From: Actinomycetota bacterium
GTDB taxonomy: Bacteria > Actinomycetota > Acidimicrobiia > Acidimicrobiales > CAIXPF01
Length of the DNA stretch: 64,000 nucleotides
Direction: 5' to 3'
Assembly: GCA_016870475.1 (NCBI GenBank)
Contig: VGBO01000002.1
Coordinates: 17,403 to 81,402, forward strand
The number at the start of each line of letters is the position of its first letter. The first letter of the stretch is position 1. This document shows, piece by piece, positions 57,296-64,000 of the stretch. The notes below the pieces were generated by a model. The model ran no database searches, was not told where the DNA came from, and worked only from the letters and a program-made list of their open reading frames with translations. A program made the position numbers and the translations under genes.

Positions 57296-57919
57296 ATGGC
57301 GCTGCCCCGCACCCTGCACTACGAGGACGCCCGCTGCGAGATCCACCGCACCGTGGTCGGCCCCTATGCGAACAACGTGTTCGTGCTCCGCTGCAAGCGC
57401 ACCGGTGATGCGGTGCTCATCGACGCCGCGAACGAGCACGATCAACTCCTCGAGCTCTGTCGCGGGCTGAACGTGCGGAAGGTGCTCGAGACGCACGGCC
57501 ACTTCGACCACATCCAGGCGGTGCCGGCGGTGCGCGAGGCGGGCATCGACGTCGGCATCGCGACGGGCGACCACTTCCTCATCGAAGGCACCTACGACTT
57601 CGTGATCGCCGACGACGACGTCTTCGAGGTGGGCGACCTGCGGTTGCACACGATCGCCACCCCCGGCCACACCCCGGGCTCGATGTGCTTCGCGCTCGAC
57701 GGGGCGCCGGTGCTCTTCAGCGGGGACACGCTGTTCCCGGGCGGGCCGGGCAACACGAGCTGGGAGTACTGCAGCTTCGAACAGATCATCCGGTCGATCG
57801 AGGACCGCCTCTTCCGGACCCTCGACCCCCGCACGATCGTGATGCCCGGGCACGGGGTCGACACGACCATCGGGCGGGAGATGCCGAGCCTCGACGCCTG
57901 GGTCGCGCGGGGCTGGTGA
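57296..57919 (+). CDS. MBL-fold metallo-hydrolase (glyoxalase II-like)
   Basis: 'LETHGHFDHI', 'TPGHTPGS', 'FSGDTLFPGG' and 'PGHG'. Confidence 0.88.
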   Translation: MALPRTLHYEDARCEIHRTVVGPYANNVFVLRCKRTGDAVLIDAANEHDQLLELCRGLNVRKVLETHGHFDHIQAVPAVREAGIDVGIATGDHFLIEGTYDFVIADDDVFEVGDLRLHTIATPGHTPGSMCFALDGAPVLFSGDTLFPGGPGNTSWEYCSFEQIIRSIEDRLFRTLDPRTIVMPGHGVDTTIGREMPSLDAWVARGW

Positions 57920-57949
57920 AGGGCGCCGAGACCCGCCATGGACTATTTC

Positions 57950-57965
57950 CACTACGCGCGTAGTG
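57950..57965. promoter_or_regulatory. Perfect 16-bp palindrome CACTACGCGCGTAGTG upstream of sufC-sufS-sufU (candidate operator)
   Basis: Read directly in an AT-enriched intergenic patch. A -10-like TAGCAT follows at 57971-57976, 7 nt before ATG 57984. Confidence 0.45.
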
Positions 57966-57983
57966 CGAATTAGCATCGATGGC

Positions 57984-58745
57984 ATGTCCGGCGCACCGCT
58001 GTTCGAGATCCGCAACCTCCACGCGTGCACCGCCGAGGGTGGTGCCCCCATCCTCTGCGGGGTCGACCTCGTCATCGGCGAGGGCGAGGTCCACGCCCTG
58101 ATGGGCCCGAACGGGTCGGGGAAGTCGACCCTGTCGAAGGTGCTGCTCGGTAGCTCCGAGTACGAGATCACCGACGGCACGATCCTGCTGCGCGGCGACG
58201 ACGTGACCGACTGGGACACCGAGGTCCGCGCCAAGGCGGGCATGTTCCTCGCCTTCCAGTACCCCCAGGAGCTGCCGGGGGTGTCGGTGACGAACTTCCT
58301 CCGCCAGGCCATGTCGGCCCGCAAGGGACTCGACCTGTCGGCCCTCGAGGTCCGGCTCGCCCTCATGGAGTGGATGCAGCGCCTCGAGATGGACCCGACG
58401 TTCGCCGAGCGTTACGTGAACGAGGGGTTCTCCGGCGGCGAGAAGAAGCGCAACGAGGTGCTGCAGATGGCGCTCCTCGAGCCCGAGTTTGCGATCCTCG
58501 ACGAGACCGACTCCGGGCTCGACGTCGACGCGCTCAAGGTCGTCGCCCGCGGCGTGCGCGAGGTGCGGGCCGACCGGCCGACGCTCGGCGCCCTCGTGAT
58601 CACCCACTACCAGCGGCTCCTCACCGAGCTGCGACCGGACCACGTGCACATCCTCGTCGACGGCCGGATCGTCACCTCCGGCGGTCCCGAGCTCGCCGAA
58701 CAGCTCGAGGCGGAAGGCTACGAGCGGTTCCGGGTGCCGTCGTGA
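57984..58745 (+). CDS. sufC: Fe-S cluster assembly ATPase SufC (paralogue 1)
   Basis: 'GPNGSGKSTLSKVL', 'FLAFQYPQELPGV', 'NEGFSGGEKKRNEVLQ', 'AILDETDSGLD' and 'ITHY'. The alternative start is GTG 57963. Confidence 0.93.
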   Translation: MSGAPLFEIRNLHACTAEGGAPILCGVDLVIGEGEVHALMGPNGSGKSTLSKVLLGSSEYEITDGTILLRGDDVTDWDTEVRAKAGMFLAFQYPQELPGVSVTNFLRQAMSARKGLDLSALEVRLALMEWMQRLEMDPTFAERYVNEGFSGGEKKRNEVLQMALLEPEFAILDETDSGLDVDALKVVARGVREVRADRPTLGALVITHYQRLLTELRPDHVHILVDGRIVTSGGPELAEQLEAEGYERFRVPS

Positions 58746-59995
58746 GCGACACCGCCGCCGCACCGCTCGACGTCGCCCGGATCAAGGCGGACTTCCCGCT
58801 CCTCGGGAGCCGGCTCGAACGTGGCCACCCGATCGTGTACCTCGACACGGCTGCGTCGTCGCAGAAGCCCCGGTCGGTGCTCGACGCGATGCTCGGCTAC
58901 TACGAGCACCACCATGCGAACGTGCACCGCGGCGCGTACCAGCTCGCCGAGGAGGCGACCGACGCGCTCGAGCAGGCCCGACGCAAGGTCGCCCGGTTCG
59001 TCGGTGCCGCCTCCCCCGTCGAGATCGTCTTCACCCGCAACGCCACCGAGGCCGTCAACCTCGTTGCACACAGCTGGGGGCGGGCGAACCTGGCGGCCGG
59101 TGACGTGGTCGTGCTCAGCCTGCTCGAGCACCACGCCAACATCGTCCCGTGGCACCAGCTCGCCGCCGAACGCGGCATCGAGCTCCGGTGGATCCCGCTC
59201 ACGAACGACGGCGAGCTCGACCTCACCGATCTCGACCGGCTGGTCGACGGCGCCCGGCTCGTGTCGGTGACCGCCGCCTCCAACGTGCTCGGCACGCTGC
59301 CGCCGGTGCGGTCCATCGCGGACGCCGCCCACGCCGCCGGGGCGAAGGTGCTCGTCGACGCGTGCCAGTACGTGCCGCACACCGCGTGCGACGTCACCGA
59401 GCTCGGTGCCGACTGGATCGCGTTCTCCGCCCACAAGATGTGCGGACCGACCGGGGTCGGGGCGCTGTGGGGTCGCGAGGAGATCCTCGACGCAATGCCG
59501 CCGTTCCTCGGCGGCGGGTCGATGATCGTGAACGTGACGACGGAGGGCTTCACCCCTGCGGCGCTGCCCGCCAAGTTCGAGGCGGGCACGCCGGCGATCG
59601 CCGAGGCGGTCGGGTTCGGCGCGGCGATCGACTACCTCGAGGCGATCGGCATGGACCGGGTGACGGCCCACGAGCGGCGGCTGACCACCTATGCGCTCGA
59701 CCGGTTCGCCGACCGGTTCGGTGACGATCTCGTCGTGCACGGACCGAAAGACCCGACGCGCCGTTGCGGGATCGCGTCGGTGGTCTACAAGCAGGTGCAC
59801 GCGCACGACCTGTCCCAGGTGCTCGACGAGCGTGGCGTGTGCGTGCGGGCCGGGCACCACTGCGCCAAGCCGCTCATGCGGCACCTCGGCGTGCCCGCCA
59901 CCGCCCGGGCGAGCTGGTACGTGTACAACGACGAGTCCGACATCGATGCGATGATCGAGGCGGTCGGTGCCGCCGACGGACTTTTCGACTGGTGA
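58742..59995 (+). CDS. sufS: Cysteine desulfurase SufS
   Basis: GTGA overlap with sufC. 'YLDTAASSQKP', 'ANVHRG', 'FSAHKMCGPTGVG' and 'RAGHHCAKPL'. Confidence 0.95.
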   Translation: MSDTAAAPLDVARIKADFPLLGSRLERGHPIVYLDTAASSQKPRSVLDAMLGYYEHHHANVHRGAYQLAEEATDALEQARRKVARFVGAASPVEIVFTRNATEAVNLVAHSWGRANLAAGDVVVLSLLEHHANIVPWHQLAAERGIELRWIPLTNDGELDLTDLDRLVDGARLVSVTAASNVLGTLPPVRSIADAAHAAGAKVLVDACQYVPHTACDVTELGADWIAFSAHKMCGPTGVGALWGREEILDAMPPFLGGGSMIVNVTTEGFTPAALPAKFEAGTPAIAEAVGFGAAIDYLEAIGMDRVTAHERRLTTYALDRFADRFGDDLVVHGPKDPTRRCGIASVVYKQVHAHDLSQVLDERGVCVRAGHHCAKPLMRHLGVPATARASWYVYNDESDIDAMIEAVGAADGLFDW

Positions 59996-60002
59996 GGATC
60001 TG

Positions 60003-60455
60003 ATGTCCGGACTCGAAGACCTGTACCGAGAGATCGTTCTCGACCACTACAAGAGCCCACGGAACCGTGGCGAGCTCGAGAGCCCGCCGGCGACCCGGGT
60101 CGAGGGTCTCAACCCGCTGTGCGGCGACGAGATCGTGATCTACCTCGACCTCGACGGCGACACCGTGCGCGACATCCGGATCGGCGGACAGGGCTGTTCG
60201 ATCAGCCAGTCGTCCGCGTCGATGATGAGCGCGGCGGTCAAGGGCCGCTCGCTCGCCGAGGTCGACGACCTGCTGCGGGCGTTCAAGGCGATGCTCAACG
60301 TCGGCGACGAGTCCCCCGACGAGATTCCGGCGGTGAAGCTCGGCGAGCTCGAGGCGCTCCGTGGTGTGATGAAGTTCCCGTCGCGGATCAAGTGCGCGAC
60401 CCTGTCGTGGAACACGCTCGACCAGGCGATCACCGAGGCGACCGCAGCCCGCTGA
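60003..60455 (+). CDS. sufU: SufU/IscU-type sulfur acceptor/scaffold
   Basis: 'YREIVLDHYKSPRNRG', 'NPLCGDEI', 'GQGCSISQSSASMM' and 'PSRIKCATLSW'. Confidence 0.93.
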   Translation: MSGLEDLYREIVLDHYKSPRNRGELESPPATRVEGLNPLCGDEIVIYLDLDGDTVRDIRIGGQGCSISQSSASMMSAAVKGRSLAEVDDLLRAFKAMLNVGDESPDEIPAVKLGELEALRGVMKFPSRIKCATLSWNTLDQAITEATAAR

Positions 60456-60462
60456 GCGGAGC

Positions 60463-62742
60463 TCAGCCGAACAGGCCGTCGGCCATGGCGGTGGCGATCC
60501 GGTCGGCGTCCCAGCCGAGCAGGTCCTCGTACACCTCGAAGTTGTGCTCACCGAGCGCCGGGGACCCGACGTAGGGCCGTTCGATCGGCCCGTCCGCGTC
60601 GGTGAGGCGGGCGGGGAAGCGTTCGGTCCGTTGCGTACCGTCGAACATCGACGACGCCACGGTGAGGAACACGTCGCGGTGCGCGACCTGCGGGTCGGCC
60701 CCCTCGAGTTCCGCCGCACCCTGGATCGGCGCGGCGGCGACCCCCGCAGCCTGCAACGCCTCCGCAGCGGACGCGGCCGTGTCCGCTCCCCCGACGATCG
60801 CCGTGGCGCTGGCCACCTCGTCGTCGGAACGGGCCGTCCACGCCACCCACGTCCCGTCCGTGAAACGGTGCACACCGTTGCGCACCGTGGGGTCGAACGA
60901 GTCGGCGATCCCCGCGGCGGTCGGTTCGTCCCCGGTGGCGAGGAACTGCAGCAGCGCGGGGCCGACGAGGTGCGAGGCGACCTCGAGCTGGCTCATGTCG
61001 AGGTGCTGACCGGAACCGGTGCGGTCCCGGGCCTCGAGCGCGGCGAGGAGCACGACCGCACCGGCGATGCCGGACATGTGGTCGTTGAGCGCCACACCTG
61101 CGCCCACGTCGAGACGACCCGGTGGACCGGTGAGCGCCGTCAGGCCACACAGCGCGTGCACGGTCGGGGCGAAGGTCACGTAGTCCTTCCACGGACCGTC
61201 CTCACCGCAACCGGTCATCGAGATCGAGATGATGCGCGGGTTCCACGCCTCGAGGTCGGCCGGTCCCGCCCCCCACTCGGCGAGCACCCCGGCGGAGAAG
61301 TTGTCGATGACGACGTCGGCCTGCTCGACGAGGCGGCGCAACGTCGACACCGCGTCGGCGTGCCGCATGTCGAGGGTCACGGCCCGCTTGTTGCGGTTCC
61401 ACATCGCCGGATACGGGTAGTCGGGCGCGTACGCGCCCTGGCAGCGGTCCTCGGTCTGCAGCTTGATCACGTCGGCGCCGAGGTCGGCGAGGATCCGGGT
61501 GGCGAACGGTCCGGCGAGCACGTGGGTGAAGTCGAGCACCCGCAGACCCTCGAGCGGCAGACGGGGTGCACCGTCGACCCGTCCGGCGCCGGGCACACCG
61601 ACACGGGCCGGGCGGGGCTGCGCCCACGACGCGAGCACCTCGGCGACGGTCACGTCCGCCGGCGCCACCGGGTCGGGCACCGGTGTCGCCGAGAACCGCG
61701 ACAGCCCCCCGGGGAGCCGCACCCGGTCCGGCGCACCGGTGACCGGACGGAAGAACCCACGGGCGACGAGCTGGGGGGACTCCGTCGCCTGGGCGATCGT
61801 GCGGGCCTCACCGAAGGGGACGTGCAGTGCCTGCCCGCGCTCGTAGAGCTCCGTCGCGTCCTTGGTGAGCGCGAACGCCCGGATCTCCGCCATCACCGCA
61901 GGGATGAGCGTGAGCCACTCCGCCGCGGTCGCCTCCGCCGGGATGTCGGCGGCGAAGCCTTCCGACTTCATCCACCGCAACAGGTCGGGAACCCCGCCGG
62001 CCGACGGCGACACCATGCACGCACCCCGCGCGCAGGGCACGACCTCGTAGGCGCGGATCCAGTGCACCGACGCCTGCCGCACCGCCGACGGCGCGCCGAT
62101 GTGGCCGAACCAGTCCCGATACCACCAGAACATCAACACGTGCTCGGTGCAGGACAGCACGGCGTGCTGCTGGGACAGGTCGGCGTAGCACCCGGTGCCA
62201 CCGGCGCGGACCCGAGCCAGGCCGGCCAACGCCACAGCGGCGGCGTAGAACCCGGTCAGATTGTCCATCTGCCGGCCCCAGATGGTGACCGGCTCGTCGG
62301 GCAGGCCCGTCACCGACAGGATCCCGCCCGCCGCGGCAGCGACGAAGTCCGAACCGCGCCAGCCCGCACGCGGCCCGTCGTCCCCCCACGGGGTCGCCCG
62401 CACGTGCACGAGCGACGGGTTCAGCGCACGGAGCTCGACGGGGTCCGCGCCGCCGGGCGAACCGCTGTCGAGGAACACGTCGGCGTCACGCAGCAGCTCG
62501 TCGAGCGCGGCACGACCCCCGGGCGTCCCGAGATCGAGCGGCACCCGCCGGCAGTTCGCGTCGAACCACCAGTCTGCGAGCCCGCCGACGGTGTCGGTGT
62601 CGGGACCGAGCGATCGACCGGGAACACCACGGCGGACCCGCACGACATCCGCACCGAGCTCGGCGAGCAGCTTCCCGGCGCTGCGGCCGATCTCCGCGCA
62701 GGCGTCGACGACCCGCACCCCGCTCAGCGGTCCTGTCCCCAC
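60463..62742 (-). CDS. Tandem (two-module) family III CoA-transferase (CaiB/BaiF type)
   Basis: GTG at 62742 with GGAGG upstream. Module 1: 'GVRVVDACAEIGRSAGKLLAELGADVVRV' ... 'QMDNLTG'. Module 2 starts at ~residue 400: 'GLRVLDFTHVLAGPFATRILADLGADVIKL' ... 'LNDHMSG'. Confidence 0.85.
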   Translation of the reverse strand: MGTGPLSGVRVVDACAEIGRSAGKLLAELGADVVRVRRGVPGRSLGPDTDTVGGLADWWFDANCRRVPLDLGTPGGRAALDELLRDADVFLDSGSPGGADPVELRALNPSLVHVRATPWGDDGPRAGWRGSDFVAAAAGGILSVTGLPDEPVTIWGRQMDNLTGFYAAAVALAGLARVRAGGTGCYADLSQQHAVLSCTEHVLMFWWYRDWFGHIGAPSAVRQASVHWIRAYEVVPCARGACMVSPSAGGVPDLLRWMKSEGFAADIPAEATAAEWLTLIPAVMAEIRAFALTKDATELYERGQALHVPFGEARTIAQATESPQLVARGFFRPVTGAPDRVRLPGGLSRFSATPVPDPVAPADVTVAEVLASWAQPRPARVGVPGAGRVDGAPRLPLEGLRVLDFTHVLAGPFATRILADLGADVIKLQTEDRCQGAYAPDYPYPAMWNRNKRAVTLDMRHADAVSTLRRLVEQADVVIDNFSAGVLAEWGAGPADLEAWNPRIISISMTGCGEDGPWKDYVTFAPTVHALCGLTALTGPPGRLDVGAGVALNDHMSGIAGAVVLLAALEARDRTGSGQHLDMSQLEVASHLVGPALLQFLATGDEPTAAGIADSFDPTVRNGVHRFTDGTWVAWTARSDDEVASATAIVGGADTAASAAEALQAAGVAAAPIQGAAELEGADPQVAHRDVFLTVASSMFDGTQRTERFPARLTDADGPIERPYVGSPALGEHNFEVYEDLLGWDADRIATAMADGLFG

Positions 62743-62808
62743 GGCGCACCTCCGACCACGGACCGGTCCGAGCGGACCGCGCTGCGGCAGTCTCGCGCCG
62801 TAGACGGC

Positions 62809-63099
62809 TCAGCGCAGGGCGTCGACCCGTCGGGCGAACTCGACGTCGAGCGTCGTGATGCCACCCCGGTCGTGGGTCACGAGGTCGATCCGGACCGTCG
62901 ACCAGACGTTCGACCAGTCGGGATGGTGGCCGAGCTGCTCGGCGACGAGCGCCACCCTGCTCATGAACCCCCACGCCGCGGAGAAGTCCGCGAACCGGAA
63001 CGTGCGGCCGAGGCGGCCGTCGGCCACCTCCCAGCCGTCGAGATCGGCAACGGCCGCCGTGAGCGCCGCTGCGTCGAGGAGGTCGGGTCGGCTGCCCAT
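62809..63099 (-). CDS. Pterin-4-alpha-carbinolamine dehydratase
   Basis: ATG at 63099. 'GWEVADGRLGRTFRFADF', 'VAEQLGHHPDWSNVWSTVRIDLVTH'. Confidence 0.85.
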   Translation of the reverse strand: MGSRPDLLDAAALTAAVADLDGWEVADGRLGRTFRFADFSAAWGFMSRVALVAEQLGHHPDWSNVWSTVRIDLVTHDRGGITTLDVEFARRVDALR

Positions 63100-63106
63100 C
63101 GACGGA

Positions 63107-63847
63107 TCAGGCCGCCTCGGCGGGAAGGAACGCGGCGTACCCCTCGGCCTCGACCTGGTCCGCGAGCTCGGGACCCCCGGAGGCAACGATGAGCCCCTTG
63201 GCGAGGATGTGGGTGTGGTCGGGCCGCAACTCCTCGAGGAGCCGGTTGTAGTGGGTGATCGCCAAAACACCGAGGGACGACTCCACCGTCGCCTCCTGCA
63301 CCCGGCGCGCCACGGCACGCAGCGCATCGATGTCGAGGCCGGAGTCGATCTCGTCGAGGATCGCGATCTTCGGGGCGAGCACCGCAAGCTGCAGCATCTC
63401 GTTCCGCTTCTTCTCGCCACCGGACAGGTCGACGTTCAACGAACGTTCGAGCAACACCGGGTCGAGACCGATGCGCGCGGCCTCGGCCACGACCGCCGCG
63501 GCGACCCCCTCGACGTCGCCGCCGGCCGCACGCCGGGCCTCGACGAGGAGCGACTCGACGCTCACGCCGGGCACCTCGATGGGGTACTGCATGGCGAGGA
63601 ACAGGCCCGCCTGCGCCCGCTTCCACGCCGGGAGGGCGAACACGTCGACACCGTCGAGCGTGACGGTGCCGCCGAGCACCGTGTAGCCGGGCTTCCCGGC
63701 GAGCACGTGCGACAGCGTCGACTTGCCGGAACCGTTCGGTCCCATCACGGCGTGCACCTCACCGCTCGCGATGGTGAGGTCGACACCACGCAGGATCTCG
63801 ACGCCGGCAGCGGCGGCGCGCAGGCCGCGGATCTCGAGCACGCTCAT
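63107..63847 (-). CDS. sufC: Fe-S cluster assembly ATPase SufC (paralogue 2, in the sufBD-Rieske-type operon)
   Basis: 'GPNGSGKSTLSHVL', 'FLAMQYPIEVPGV', 'LSGGEKKRNEMLQ', 'AILDEIDSGLD' and 'ITHY'. ATGA overlap with the upstream Rieske gene. Confidence 0.93.
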   Translation of the reverse strand: MSVLEIRGLRAAAAGVEILRGVDLTIASGEVHAVMGPNGSGKSTLSHVLAGKPGYTVLGGTVTLDGVDVFALPAWKRAQAGLFLAMQYPIEVPGVSVESLLVEARRAAGGDVEGVAAAVVAEAARIGLDPVLLERSLNVDLSGGEKKRNEMLQLAVLAPKIAILDEIDSGLDIDALRAVARRVQEATVESSLGVLAITHYNRLLEELRPDHTHILAKGLIVASGGPELADQVEAEGYAAFLPAEAA

Positions 63848-64000
63848 CGGGGCAACTCCTCGGGGTCGAGGTGGACGTCACCGTCGACGACGGTGACGCG
63901 GTAGACGGGGACGGGCCTGGTCGCAGGGAGCCCGGACGGCTCACCGGTGCGCAGCGAGAACGCCGCACCGTGCTTCCAGCATTCGAGCTCGCAGCTGTCG
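63844..64000 (-). CDS. Rieske [2Fe-2S] ferredoxin-like protein, C-terminal part (5' end outside window)
   Basis: My translation of the frame missing from the track gives '...CELECWKHGAAFSLRTGEPSGLPATRPVPVYRVTVVDGDVHLDPEELPR*'. This type of protein typically sits between sufD and sufC in actinobacteria. Confidence 0.7.
   Translation of the reverse strand, partial: DSCELECWKHGAAFSLRTGEPSGLPATRPVPVYRVTVVDGDVHLDPEELPR

Overview
This is a very GC-rich, gene-dense chromosomal segment with Actinomycetota-type gene content. GC content was judged by eye, not computed. The supporting gene content is F420 cofD/cofE, an LCP ligase, a mycobacterial-type ManB-like pyrophosphorylase, LpdA/Lpd, and pepA...E2-lipB/lipA-YfcH synteny. 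The exact lineage is not determinable from the sequence.

Most long ORFs in the track are Arg/Pro/Gly-rich antisense shadows. After discarding them I support about 65 protein genes. I found no rRNA, tRNA, CRISPR, transposase or integrase.

Main blocks:
- 1-17 kb and 22.5-26 kb: a cell-envelope glycan cluster. It holds one GT2, two GT4s, gmd+rmd (GDP-D-rhamnose), galE, a GDP-mannose pyrophosphorylase, UDP-glucose dehydrogenase, a UDP-glucuronate decarboxylase interrupted by an in-frame TAG, an LCP ligase and rmlABCD.
- 5-9.4 kb: an F420 block (cofD, cofE, an LLM oxidoreductase).
- 16.9-19.5 kb: birA and a biotin carboxylase diverging from each other.
- 26-28 kb: a rhodanese-ThiF E1-like enzyme and a Sir2 deacetylase.
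- 31.8-35.7 kb: a tightly coupled acyl-CoA operon made of a degenerate alpha/beta-fold protein, a Cys-less thiolase-like protein, DUF35, PHP and a MaoC hot-dog pair.
- 37.1-40.6 kb: metH, followed by a CMD/AhpD-like gene whose CxxC motif reads C-V-H-TGA. This is a selenocysteine candidate, with a SECIS-like hairpin downstream.
- 44-48.4 kb: lpd, E2 and an in-frame lipB-lipA fusion.
- 50.1-52.4 kb: an RNase HI-YpsA/SLOG fusion translationally coupled to an amidase.
- 56.5-57.3 kb: a Phd/PIN toxin-antitoxin pair.
- 58-64 kb: a split suf system with two sufC paralogues.

Start codons are often uncertain because of the high GC content and GTG starts. End coordinates include the stop codon.
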